From IMG/VR virus record IMGVR_UViG_3300046507_000773, positions 1 to 64,000 of that record: 64,000 nt of DNA; one strand, given 5' to 3'. How positions within the stretch are numbered: position 1 is the stretch's first letter; each line of letters starts with the position of its first letter. Below are positions 9,380 to 18,239 of the stretch, in pieces. Under the pieces are notes generated by a model. It did no database searches. It was given only the letters and a program-made list of their open reading frames with translations, and was not told the origin of the DNA. The position numbers and the translations under genes were made by a program.

Positions 9380-10028
9380 GCTTAAAGAGGGCGTCTTCAT
9401 TTCGTTTGAAGGCGCTGATGCTTCCGGTAAGACAACCAATACGTTCTTCTTCATTGAAGAACTAAGGCGTCGCGGGTATGAGGTAGTGCACACCCGCGAA
9501 CCGGGTGGTAGTCCAGTCGGTGAACAAATTCGTGCGTTGCTTCTTACCACGAAGATGGACAAAGATTCGGAAGCACTTCTTTTTGCTGCAAGCCGTCGTT
9601 GTAACATCATGCAAACGATCCTGCCCAATGTAGAAGAGGGCAGGGTTGTTGTGTGCGAGCGCTTTGCTGATTCGTCTTTCGCGTATCAGGGAGTCGCTCG
9701 TGATAATCGGGAACGTATCCTCGCACTGGAGCAATGGACAGTCGAGAACTACAAACCGAAGTACACGATCTTCTTGGATATCACTGAAGAAGAAAGTGAA
9801 CGGCGCTTGGCACTTCGCCGTAATACCACAGAGCTTGACATCTTCGAACTGGAAGCACAGAAGTTTCGTCAAGCTGTGTACAAGGGCTATCAGGAGCGGG
9901 TAGCCCAATTCCCAGAGCGTATCGTAAAGATTGACGCAATGGGTGCTTTAGACGTGGTCCAGGCTAACTTGGTCACCTGGATCGATACCGTGTTTGTACC
10001 AAACCATCCTCTCGCAGAAGAAAAATGA
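9372..10028 (+). CDS. tmk: Thymidylate kinase
   Basis: FISFEGADASGKTT P-loop, TREPGG, LLFAASR, ERFADSSFAYQG. Confidence 0.95.
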   Translation: MAKLKEGVFISFEGADASGKTTNTFFFIEELRRRGYEVVHTREPGGSPVGEQIRALLLTTKMDKDSEALLFAASRRCNIMQTILPNVEEGRVVVCERFADSSFAYQGVARDNRERILALEQWTVENYKPKYTIFLDITEEESERRLALRRNTTELDIFELEAQKFRQAVYKGYQERVAQFPERIVKIDAMGALDVVQANLVTWIDTVFVPNHPLAEEK

Positions 10029-10441
10029 AATCGTCCTTTAAGACCGGCCGTCAGCGCCGTACCAACCAACAGAAACTGAAACGCAGCAAAGCAGCGCTGG
10101 CGAGTCGCAAAGCAAACCGTGAGATGGAGCAGAAGAACACCATCCACATCAAGGGTAGCGTGACGAAGGGTGTCACTCGTTACCGCACCCAGTCCCGCTG
10201 GTCGGCTTTCAAAGCGTGGGCTGGCGAAAAGCTGTCCAAGTTCCGTGGCCTCTTCAAGACGAAGAAACAAAAGGAACAGGACCGTCTGTGGGAAATGCAC
10301 ATGGGTCAAGGACTGGGCCTGAATCGTTTCCTCAAGGAAGAAAACAAACCGGCATCGCCCGGTGGTGGTAGTGACGGTCGTTACTATCGTGAAGCCATCG
10401 ATCCGCCGCCGGTACCACACATCGAAGGCATCTACGGATGA
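10025..10441 (+). CDS. Basic hypothetical protein
   Basis: 138 aa, K/R-rich, ATGA-coupled. Confidence 0.75.
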   Translation: MKSSFKTGRQRRTNQQKLKRSKAALASRKANREMEQKNTIHIKGSVTKGVTRYRTQSRWSAFKAWAGEKLSKFRGLFKTKKQKEQDRLWEMHMGQGLGLNRFLKEENKPASPGGGSDGRYYREAIDPPPVPHIEGIYG

Positions 10442-10695
10442 CGACCGATTACACTGGCGGGCGCACCCAAGCGTGGGCCTGTCCTGGTAGCTGTGCAATG
10501 GAACTCGTAGCGGGGGTGTGCTGCGCATCCTCCTGCGAGTATTACGACAACTTCGTGAAGCAACAAAGGGAGGCTTCAAATGGCATCGAAGGCACAACTG
10601 GAACGGGAACACCTGGAAGAGATGAAACGCATGGCAAAGGAGTGCGGGATCAAGTTCGTGACCCCCAAAGCTCCGCCGATGGCGCCTCGTCCTAA
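10438..10695 (+). CDS. Cys-rich small protein (3' part uncertain)
   Basis: ATGA-coupled, CPGSC...CCASSC. It overlaps the next ORF by 116 nt. Confidence 0.5.
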   Translation: MTTDYTGGRTQAWACPGSCAMELVAGVCCASSCEYYDNFVKQQREASNGIEGTTGTGTPGRDETHGKGVRDQVRDPQSSADGASS

Positions 10696-10765
10696 CTGGC
10701 TGCCCAAGCCCACGATGGTTATCGTGGATTACATCACGAAGCTGCTTCCTGAGCGTCGTGTATAG
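10580..10765 (+). CDS. Small hypothetical protein
   Basis: 61 aa, GGAGG RBS, coupled to the next gene. Confidence 0.7.
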   Translation: MASKAQLEREHLEEMKRMAKECGIKFVTPKAPPMAPRPNWLPKPTMVIVDYITKLLPERRV

Positions 10766-11117
10766 CGTTTATCAAGAAGAGCCGGGTGGCACCTTTGAAG
10801 CCGATGGCGTGCTCTACGATTTGAATGGCATTTTGCGAGACACCGCAAGACTCCCAGTCAATCACATTGCACTGTCGAAGGTAGCATGGGCTTTAAATAG
10901 CCGCCCGCTCGACCCACAACGTGTTGAGGATGCGGACTACAGTGTCCCCGTCCTCATTACCCTTTATGCTGGCCGAAATCCGAAGTATAAAGGCAAGCCG
11001 CTTGTAGTTGACGGAGAACATCGCTGTGTCAAAGCGATCCGTGACAAACGAGTTACGATCGGATACCGTTTGGTGTCCGAAGCAATCATGAAGCGCCACA
11101 TCGTTAAGAAAGCTTGA
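10758..11117 (+). CDS. ParB/sulfiredoxin-like N-terminal domain protein
   Basis: ADYSVPVLI and VVDGEHRCVKA motifs. Confidence 0.7.
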   Translation: MYSVYQEEPGGTFEADGVLYDLNGILRDTARLPVNHIALSKVAWALNSRPLDPQRVEDADYSVPVLITLYAGRNPKYKGKPLVVDGEHRCVKAIRDKRVTIGYRLVSEAIMKRHIVKKA

Positions 11118-11118
11118 A

Positions 11119-11451
11119 ATGGATGTCACCCGTTTGTTCGTAACAAAAGAAACAGGAAAAACTGGCCGTTACCGTTACCGCCGTGGTTGGTTCGGTAAAG
11201 TCATTTTGCAAATCGAAGTGGGCATCCATCGTCATCCAATCGGAATTGATTCGAAGACGCTTTACCCGGTCGAAACGAAGTGGCGCGATGCAAGGCAGGA
11301 AGAAGTTGGGCTCTTCCATCCGCACGCAAATGCAGGCATGCAGTATCAGGATTACACCACACACTTTTTCATGCGCCTGACAGCAGCGGGCGTTCATGCA
11401 GTTAGCGAAGGACGCGAAGAACGCGCCTTGGCCACCGAGAGGAAAGAATGA
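11119..11451 (+). CDS. Hypothetical phage protein
   Basis: 110 aa, GRYRYRRGWFGKVILQIE. Confidence 0.7.
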   Translation: MDVTRLFVTKETGKTGRYRYRRGWFGKVILQIEVGIHRHPIGIDSKTLYPVETKWRDARQEEVGLFHPHANAGMQYQDYTTHFFMRLTAAGVHAVSEGREERALATERKE

Positions 11452-12080
11452 AGTTTATCGCACAACACGTATTTGACGCCGGCATGCGTGCCGACGTACT
11501 GTATTCCGAAGTCCGGCACATGAATGATCCGGCTGGTCGTTTGACCATCCAGTCGTACGGTAGTCGTACCAGCAGTCAAGGCATGCGTGCCACGGCATTC
11601 GATCTGAACGGCCCGGCAGACTTCCTCGACATGAAGCGAGGCGAAGTCGTCTTTGCCATGCAAGAAGCGCTCACGCGCCTTCTGAACAAGAGCCTGGACC
11701 GTTTGTCGATCCACGGCCTGAAAACGATCCAGTTGGAAGACTTCGGCCAACACACCGTTACCGAAGACAAGGTCTACGCGATCTGGGATTCGATCGACTT
11801 CGAACTGCTGCGTACCCGTCTGGAGCAATACGCCGCCATCGAAAACAAGCCGCGTGCTTACCTGGAGAAGAAACCAAAACTCTTCATCTGGACGCCGATC
11901 CGTGATACGAACCACACCGTCGGCATCGTGCACAACACGAAAGAAGAAGCGTTTGCCGTCGCAAGCGAGCTCGTGAAGAACTACCGCGGCGAGGGCAATC
12001 CGTTCGTCGGTTGGGGAACTGACGACTACACCTTGACCACGAAAGACATGGGTCAAGCTTTCGTGATCCAGTACGAATAG
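11448..12080 (+). CDS. Hypothetical protein
   Basis: 210 aa, ATGA-coupled. Confidence 0.75.
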   Translation: MKFIAQHVFDAGMRADVLYSEVRHMNDPAGRLTIQSYGSRTSSQGMRATAFDLNGPADFLDMKRGEVVFAMQEALTRLLNKSLDRLSIHGLKTIQLEDFGQHTVTEDKVYAIWDSIDFELLRTRLEQYAAIENKPRAYLEKKPKLFIWTPIRDTNHTVGIVHNTKEEAFAVASELVKNYRGEGNPFVGWGTDDYTLTTKDMGQAFVIQYE

Positions 12081-12088
12081 GAAAAAAC

Positions 12089-12301
12089 ATGAAGCACTTT
12101 GTCTATTTCATCTCTGGTGTTCTTGTCGCCAGTTTCGTGCAACTCGGCATTCCGGCTGCTAAAGCCTGGGGCCTGCAGGAGCAACTCAAGAAAGACCGTG
12201 CCAAGTACCAGCTCTATCTGGACTGCCGCGACAAAGAAAAAACCAAGTACGCCACTTACGAGTGTCTGCGTCTGAACAACCTGGGCTTCGAACAGCTCTA
12301 A
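12089..12301 (+). CDS. Small protein with signal peptide/TM
   Basis: 70 aa, hydrophobic N-terminus, two Cys. Confidence 0.7.
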   Translation: MKHFVYFISGVLVASFVQLGIPAAKAWGLQEQLKKDRAKYQLYLDCRDKEKTKYATYECLRLNNLGFEQL

Positions 12302-12312
12302 GGAAAAAGAAC

Positions 12313-13359
12313 ATGAAACAGTACTACGACACCGTGAACTTCATTCGCGAAACCGGTGACCAGCTGGAAAACCGTACCGGTATCGATGCGATCACGGTAC
12401 CGGGCGTTGCAATGTATTTCCGCATGAAGGACGGCTTCCCGATGCTGGGTGGTCGCTTTACGCCCTTCAAGTCCATGATCGGTGAACTGTGTGCATTCTA
12501 TCGCGCTTGCACCAGCGCTGCTCAATTCCGTGAGCTGGGCAGCAAGGTCTGGGATAAGAACGCCAATGATCTTGGCGTCGACAATTCGAACGCCTGGCTG
12601 CGTAACCCGTTCCGTGAAGGCGAAGACCACCTGGGCCCGATCTACGGTGACATGTGGCGCGCATGGCCCGGCTACAAAGTTATCGGCCGTCCTTCGATCG
12701 ATGAACCCGATGAAGCACATATGCGCTATGACGAGATCATAGCGCAGATCGAAAAGGACGGCTGGGAGCACATCGGTTACGCCGAGGTCGGCTCACCCGG
12801 TACACCGAAAGGTCTTCTGTATTACAAAAAGATCGATCAACTGGGTGACGCGATCCGTACCGTCATCAAGAACCCGAACAGCCGCCGCATCCTGTTCCAT
12901 GCCTGGAATCCGGCCGTGCTGGACGAAGTCTCGCTGCCTGCCTGTCACCTGCTGTATCAGCTGCTGCCGAATCCGAAAACGAAGGTGCTGAACCTGTGCG
13001 TGTACCTGCGCTCCAACGACATCGGCCTGGGTGCTCCGTACAACATCTCGCAAGCTGCGGCTCAGTTGCACTTCATCTCTCGTCTGACCGGCTATACGCC
13101 TGGCACTATTTCGTACTTCGCTGCTGATGCCCACGTCTACGTCAATCAGCTTGAATGGCTGGACGAACAGCTGGAACTGTGGAATGCGGGTCAGCGTTAC
13201 GAACTGCCGCGCATCGAAATCAGCGACCGGGTGCCGGACTGTAGTCATGATGCAGAAAAAGCAGTGGCCTGGCTTACTGAAGTAGAACCATCGGACTTCA
13301 TCCTGCACGACTACCAGTACCACACCCTGAAAACCCCAACCCCTCCCATGGCGGTGTGA
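12313..13359 (+). CDS. thyA: Thymidylate synthase (ThyA type)
   Basis: NPNSRRILFHAWNP, LPACH catalytic Cys, YLRSNDIGLGAPYN, DAHVYVNQ. Start reassigned to ATG 12313 after AAGGA. Confidence 0.95.
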   Translation: MKQYYDTVNFIRETGDQLENRTGIDAITVPGVAMYFRMKDGFPMLGGRFTPFKSMIGELCAFYRACTSAAQFRELGSKVWDKNANDLGVDNSNAWLRNPFREGEDHLGPIYGDMWRAWPGYKVIGRPSIDEPDEAHMRYDEIIAQIEKDGWEHIGYAEVGSPGTPKGLLYYKKIDQLGDAIRTVIKNPNSRRILFHAWNPAVLDEVSLPACHLLYQLLPNPKTKVLNLCVYLRSNDIGLGAPYNISQAAAQLHFISRLTGYTPGTISYFAADAHVYVNQLEWLDEQLELWNAGQRYELPRIEISDRVPDCSHDAEKAVAWLTEVEPSDFILHDYQYHTLKTPTPPMAV

Positions 13360-13360
13360 C

Positions 13361-13603
13361 ATGATTGGACACGATCGTACGATTAACCCTATCATCGCCG
13401 GCGTGGAGCGTTTCTGGGGAGAAATCAGGCAAGCGACTCTCGAAGCGGTGCAAGAGGGCATCTTGAATGACAAGCGTGATCGTGCACACATGTCGACCAA
13501 ACGGCACAAGTGCGAAGTCATTCCCCGAAAGCGCAAAAGCAAAGTTAAAGCATCTCCTTTGCTTGTAAAGCTTGTGACCGCCAATACCAAAAAGGAGCAC
13601 TAG
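13361..13603 (+). CDS. Small basic hypothetical protein
   Basis: 80 aa, in operon order. Confidence 0.65.
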   Translation: MIGHDRTINPIIAGVERFWGEIRQATLEAVQEGILNDKRDRAHMSTKRHKCEVIPRKRKSKVKASPLLVKLVTANTKKEH

Positions 13604-13604
13604 C

Positions 13605-13910
13605 ATGGGTATCGTCACGTTTGGTATGCAAAGGTTTAGCGATCCTTTTCCACGTCGTTCCGAACGCATTGACTTTGAGGCGCAAGCAGAAGCCGTGGAA
13701 GAAGTGCAGGAAACGGAAAAGCGTCGGGCGGCCCAAGTATCGAAGAAAGGACACAAGAAAAAGGTCTTTCACAAGAGCGACAAGCCCGACGTGAAGACCT
13801 CTTCTTTGCTCACCCGCATGATGGAACCGGTGGTTGATCCGCACAAGAAAGAGCGTGACGCGGAGTTCCGCAAGAACCCTTTCCGAGGGCTCGATAGGGG
13901 ACGCTGGTAA
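13605..13910 (+). CDS. Small charged hypothetical protein
   Basis: 101 aa, AAGGAG RBS. Confidence 0.7.
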   Translation: MGIVTFGMQRFSDPFPRRSERIDFEAQAEAVEEVQETEKRRAAQVSKKGHKKKVFHKSDKPDVKTSSLLTRMMEPVVDPHKKERDAEFRKNPFRGLDRGRW

Positions 13911-13973
13911 GGAAATAATTGCACTCTCATCCTACGTAGCGGTAAGAACTTTTAACCAAACGAAGGATGAGAG

Positions 13974-15071
13974 ATGCAGTTGAATTTCGATGACGAGGAC
14001 ACCCTCGTCACCAACCAAGCAGCACCGGAAGGTGCTTCCGCAGCAGACGTCGCTAAGCGTGTGAACGTCAGCGAGAAGCGCATCATCAACGGTAAAACGG
14101 ACGTGAACCAGCTGGTTCCGTTCAAGCACAAGTGGGCCTGGGACAAGTATCTGGCAGGTTGCGCAAACCACTGGATGCCGCAAGAAGTGAACATGCAGCG
14201 CGATATCGAACTGTGGAAAGATCCGAAAGGTCTGTCCGATGACGAACGTCGCCTGGTCAAGCGCAACCTCGGCTTCTTCGTGACCGCCGACTCGCTGGCA
14301 GCCAACAACATCGTGCTGGGCACCTATCGCCACATCACGTCGCCGGAATGCCGCCAGTACCTGCTGCGTCAAGCTTTCGAAGAAGCGATCCACACCCACG
14401 CCTACCAGTACATCGTCGAGTCGCTCGGCCTGGACGAGAAGGAAGTCTTCAACGCGTACAACGAGATCCCGTCGATCCGTAATAAGGACCAGTTCCTGAT
14501 TCCGTTCATCGACGTTTTGACCAACCCGGAATTCAAAACCGGCACGATCGAAGCGGATCAGACGCTCCTGAAGTCCCTGATCGTTTTCGCCTGCATGATG
14601 GAAGGCCTGTTCTTCTACGTGGGCTTCACGCAGATCCTGGCACTGGGTCGTCAAAACAAGATGGTCGGCGCCGCCGAGCAGTATCAATACATCTTGCGCG
14701 ACGAATCGATGCACTGCAACTTCGGCATCGACCTGATCAACTCGATCAAGGCAGAAGACGATCGCCTGTTCACGCCGGCATTCCAGGAAGAGATCAAAGC
14801 CCTGTTCCATCAGGCTGTTGAACTCGAATGCGCTTACGCTGACGACACCATGCCGCGTGGCGTGCTGGGTCTGAATGCAGGCATGTTCAAAGCGTACCTG
14901 CGCTTCATCGCCAACCGTCGTGCTGTGCAGATCGGCTTGCCGCCGCTCTTCGCACAGGAAGAAAACCCGTTCCCGTGGATGGCCGAGATGATCGACCTGA
15001 AGAAGGAGCGTAACTTCTTCGAAACCCGTGTTACCGAATATCAAACCGGTGGCGCACTGAACTGGGATTAA
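13974..15071 (+). CDS. nrdB: Ribonucleotide reductase class Ia beta subunit
   Basis: [23 protein letters not shown] (radical Tyr retained), [23 protein letters not shown]. Confidence 0.97.
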   Translation: MQLNFDDEDTLVTNQAAPEGASAADVAKRVNVSEKRIINGKTDVNQLVPFKHKWAWDKYLAGCANHWMPQEVNMQRDIELWKDPKGLSDDERRLVKRNLGFFVTADSLAANNIVLGTYRHITSPECRQYLLRQAFEEAIHTHAYQYIVESLGLDEKEVFNAYNEIPSIRNKDQFLIPFIDVLTNPEFKTGTIEADQTLLKSLIVFACMMEGLFFYVGFTQILALGRQNKMVGAAEQYQYILRDESMHCNFGIDLINSIKAEDDRLFTPAFQEEIKALFHQAVELECAYADDTMPRGVLGLNAGMFKAYLRFIANRRAVQIGLPPLFAQEENPFPWMAEMIDLKKERNFFETRVTEYQTGGALNWD

Positions 15072-15081
15072 ACCCTGCTAA

Positions 15082-15116
15082 GGCACCGGCTCTCTCACGG
15101 GGGCTGGTGCTTTTTT
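15082..15116 (+). terminator. Intrinsic terminator
   Basis: GCACCGGCTC/GGGCTGGTGC stem, T6 tract, then TATGCCG. Confidence 0.85.
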
Positions 15117-15139
15117 ATGCCGCAACAGGAGGTTATGAA

Positions 15140-15445
15140 ATGGATGACAACAAAAGGGTAGAGCTTCTTACCAAAGTCACTCTTGGTATTACGGAAAAGG
15201 TCTTGGAAACCAATCCGGAATTGGAAGAGAAGATCTGGGCTAACCTTAATGCTGGCCAGAATCTTCGCTTTACCATCAAGGTCGGTAATAATAAAGCCCA
15301 CTTTGAAATCGATGACAAACAAATCGAGGTCTGCTATGATCTCGTGACAATGGAATGGGCGTGTCCTTTTTACGATCCGATCGAGAAGATCGACGACGTA
15401 ATCGCAACTGCTGCAGCATGGCTCGCTAAACAAAGTTTTAAATAG
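15140..15445 (+). CDS. Hypothetical protein
   Basis: AGGAGG RBS upstream of MDDNK. Confidence 0.7.
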   Translation: MDDNKRVELLTKVTLGITEKVLETNPELEEKIWANLNAGQNLRFTIKVGNNKAHFEIDDKQIEVCYDLVTMEWACPFYDPIEKIDDVIATAAAWLAKQSFK

Positions 15446-15454
15446 GAGAGTAGC

Positions 15455-15772
15455 ATGTGGAAGAAGGATTATGAAGAAACCGAGAAAGTACAAATGAAAA
15501 CGCTGACCAAATGTCTGTATGTTTTCCTGGGAGCTGCTGGAGCTCTCGGTATCGCTGCAGGAATACTTGCGACGCAGTCCAATGCAAAGGCCGCTGTCAC
15601 GGACATTGCTCAACCAAGGGACATCGAGCAATTCATTTTCAAGACCATCGACGGTCGTAAGGTCCAGGTAAATTCTTGGAGAGACGGCAATAACAAATGT
15701 ACTGCTCTTACCGCTGAGTCAGGTTCGAACACGTATGCGCCGGCCGTTGCTCTTTCATGTGTTAAACTGTAG
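15455..15772 (+). CDS. Hypothetical exported/membrane protein
   Basis: Hydrophobic N-terminal segment and a paired Cys near the C-terminus. Confidence 0.7.
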   Translation: MWKKDYEETEKVQMKTLTKCLYVFLGAAGALGIAAGILATQSNAKAAVTDIAQPRDIEQFIFKTIDGRKVQVNSWRDGNNKCTALTAESGSNTYAPAVALSCVKL

Positions 15773-15782
15773 AGGATAAAAA

Positions 15783-16526
15783 ATGTCGTGGCTTAACGGA
15801 CAAATTCTGGGACCGAAAGATCTTCTCAAGAAGGGATTCGATATCGGTTCTAAATTCAAATTCATGGAAGATGTGAAACTGTGGGTCGACCACGGTAACG
15901 TCTACCAATCCATTCCGGCGAAAGTAGTCGGTGTCTTCCTGGGGGCAGAAGGGCGCACGCATTACAAGTTGGCACTGGAAATCGAAGGCACTGGTCTTTA
16001 CAGTGTTATCGAAGCACCGTCGGCAGATATCTCGGATAAGAACGTCATGAACTGGACGGGACCCGACTGGGAAGCAGATGCTGAAGCCGTCAAACAGCAC
16101 TTGGGAGTGACGGAGTCTAAGCTCTCCTTAGCTCCTGTGATAACCGATATCGGCAGGAAGATCGCTCTGGCCCGCACTTACATGGGTACGGTAACAACTC
16201 TTGCCCTGTTGTCTACTAAGGACGAGAATTACGCTTTCGTTATTGCACGGGTCTTAGCAGAAGCTGAAGCGTCCGATCACTACCCGGAGCGCATCGCGTA
16301 CGAGTGCGAGGATCGTCAGTTGCGCGATTGGTCTCTCACGTTTTTGGGGCGCAGAGTAGATCTCACTACCCGCGGGCCTGAAGATCGACTTCTGCGGGTG
16401 ACTTACCAAAGTCCATCAGGTCGACCTGTTGAAGAAAGTCGAACCTACCTGAAACCCAGTCAGGGCGACAAGATTGTCAAAGAAATCTACACTTACTTGT
16501 CAACGGGTAATCTTCCCAGCGAGTAA
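15783..16526 (+). CDS. Hypothetical protein
   Basis: 247 aa, GAGGA RBS. Confidence 0.75.
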   Translation: MSWLNGQILGPKDLLKKGFDIGSKFKFMEDVKLWVDHGNVYQSIPAKVVGVFLGAEGRTHYKLALEIEGTGLYSVIEAPSADISDKNVMNWTGPDWEADAEAVKQHLGVTESKLSLAPVITDIGRKIALARTYMGTVTTLALLSTKDENYAFVIARVLAEAEASDHYPERIAYECEDRQLRDWSLTFLGRRVDLTTRGPEDRLLRVTYQSPSGRPVEESRTYLKPSQGDKIVKEIYTYLSTGNLPSE

Positions 16527-16590
16527 CCATGCTTATCCCATGAGTAGTTGCCAATAGGCACTTTGACTAACTAACCAAAACAGGATTGGC

Positions 16591-17121
16591 ATGGCCTGGG
16601 AAGCAACACACGGGTATTCGAAGCACCCGCACTACAAGCGTTGGGATGACATGATCCAGCGCTGCTATAATTCGAAAGATGTAAAGTTCGAGCTCTACGG
16701 CGCTAAAGGCATTATTGTCGCCGCAATCTGGGATCGTCGTAATCCCTTAGGTGTAGGCAACTTCATCACCTGGCTCGAACAGCAATTGGCAAAGCGTCCC
16801 GAAGAAGAAAAGGACAAACCTTTCAAGGTCGCCCGCCGCAAGGTCACGGATATCTATTCGCCGGAAACTTGCTACATTACGACCAATGTGGATGCATGCC
16901 AAAAACGTAGTACCTGTATCCTCACTTTCGAAAAGGTAGTCGAACTTCGTCGCTTCAAGAAAGCAAACCCAAGCATGACTTTGATTGACATGTGCATCAA
17001 GTTCGGTATCACGCACAAGTACACTCTGAGCCGCTGCTTGAAAGGTATTTCGTGGCCCAATGTTGATTCGGTGGAACCGCCCATCGCTGATCTTGGGGGC
17101 AACGGGAAAAAGAAAGCATAA
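16591..17121 (+). CDS. HNH homing-endonuclease-like protein, degenerate active site
   Basis: HPHYKRWDDMIQRCYN...LYGAKGI...W...F N-terminal signature, YSPETC, and a C-terminal HTH-like segment. Confidence 0.7.
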   Translation: MAWEATHGYSKHPHYKRWDDMIQRCYNSKDVKFELYGAKGIIVAAIWDRRNPLGVGNFITWLEQQLAKRPEEEKDKPFKVARRKVTDIYSPETCYITTNVDACQKRSTCILTFEKVVELRRFKKANPSMTLIDMCIKFGITHKYTLSRCLKGISWPNVDSVEPPIADLGGNGKKKA

Positions 17122-17124
17122 GAC

Positions 17125-17154
17125 GAGGGACTTCGGTCCCTCTTCTTTTTTTTT
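17125..17154 (+). terminator. Intrinsic terminator
   Basis: GAGGGAC-TTCG-GTCCCTC followed by a long T tract. Confidence 0.9.
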
Positions 17155-17284
17155 GTTTCCGTGACAATGAATGATATGTGTTGTCAATTAAAAACACACC
17201 GCATTCGACACCATATGTCGTAACCCACGAAGGATGCTCGAAAGCATCTCTAACCTAATTCTGCCCGCCAAACCAGGAATGCCC

Positions 17285-17665
17285 ATGTCCTCCGAACTTA
17301 ACCTCATTGATGTCAACTCCCCGCACCTCATCGAGGTCTCGGACGAGCAGGCGCGCCGTTTCGATGTCACGGGTTTCGACACCGCAAACAATCCGCACAA
17401 CGCCGATCGCCAGGGTTTTCAGGCCCGCTTCGGTCGCACCACCCTCGTCTTCCAAAGTCACGTACCCAAGGAAGGCGAAACTCCCGACGGCATTACCGAT
17501 GAAGTGCTGTTTGCCATCCTGGAAAAGCGTCTGGAGTCGTACAACTGCGTGATCGAGAAATGCCCGATCAACAGTGAAGCTTTGCTGCACCTGCAGCTGG
17601 CCCATGGCCTCATTCGTCAACGCACTTTGCGCGACGAAACGCTGGTCACTGGCCCCAAGTATTAA
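17285..17665 (+). CDS. Tad1-like (Thoeris anti-defence 1) nucleotide-sponge homolog
   Basis: TLVFQ...KE...GITDEVLFAILEKRLESY...N..AL.HL..A...R..R follows the Tad1 pattern as recalled. Start placed at ATG 17285 by RBS spacing. Confidence 0.6.
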   Translation: MSSELNLIDVNSPHLIEVSDEQARRFDVTGFDTANNPHNADRQGFQARFGRTTLVFQSHVPKEGETPDGITDEVLFAILEKRLESYNCVIEKCPINSEALLHLQLAHGLIRQRTLRDETLVTGPKY

Positions 17666-17695
17666 TCGTAAGTAAGAACTACCTTTCCAATAATT

Positions 17696-17725
17696 ACTCC
17701 TCACTCTAATGGAGTGAGGAGTTTT
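17696..17725 (+). terminator. Terminator-like hairpin
   Basis: ACTCCTCACTC/GAGTGAGGAGT 11-bp stem followed by TTTATGCC. Confidence 0.75.
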
Positions 17726-17748
17726 ATGCCCACTTGAAGGAATTATCA

Positions 17749-18168
17749 ATGAATCAACTCGAACGCCCAATCGTCATCAAACACTTTGTGACGGAAGAAC
17801 AGCCCTTTAACATGATGCAGAAAGCTGCCATGATGGAAGTCGGCAACATGCTGACCAAGTTCATCAAGAAAGCTTGGGCTGAAGGTTTTTACTTCACCGT
17901 TACGCCGTTCCGTGACCACGTCAAGGGCGTCATGATCTACCACGGCTTGCGTGCCTACGTCCTCAAACCTGTCGTTGGCGTAGCGAAGTTCAAGCAAGCA
18001 GAACGCATCCAACAACTGGGGAAAGACCTGCACCACTATCTGCAAACGGCAGTGCAATTCAACCTGATCGTTGAGATCGAATCGGACACCAGCCAAGTCT
18101 ACTTCCGCCACGTAGACCGTCCGATTGTGATTCACTTCCGTTCGTCGACCGCGATCAAGCCCGACTGA
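17749..18168 (+). CDS. Hypothetical protein
   Basis: GAAGGA RBS before MNQLERP. Confidence 0.75.
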   Translation: MNQLERPIVIKHFVTEEQPFNMMQKAAMMEVGNMLTKFIKKAWAEGFYFTVTPFRDHVKGVMIYHGLRAYVLKPVVGVAKFKQAERIQQLGKDLHHYLQTAVQFNLIVEIESDTSQVYFRHVDRPIVIHFRSSTAIKPD

Positions 18169-18182
18169 AAAGAAATTTGGGC

Positions 18183-18192
18183 ACATATCACG
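18183..18192 (+). promoter_or_regulatory. Early-promoter-like motif ACATATCACG
   Basis: Exact repeat preceded by AGAAATTT. Confidence 0.7.
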
Positions 18193-18239
18193 TTGGTGTA
18201 GTAACCCAAATAAAAGAAACTTTGAAAGGAAATGCCGCA

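Noticed and set aside
12313-13359. ThyA as a dCMP hydroxymethylase or base-hypermodification enzyme
   Set aside because: It keeps the dUMP-specifying Asn (PYN) rather than Asp, and no glycosyltransferase or other modification genes were seen.
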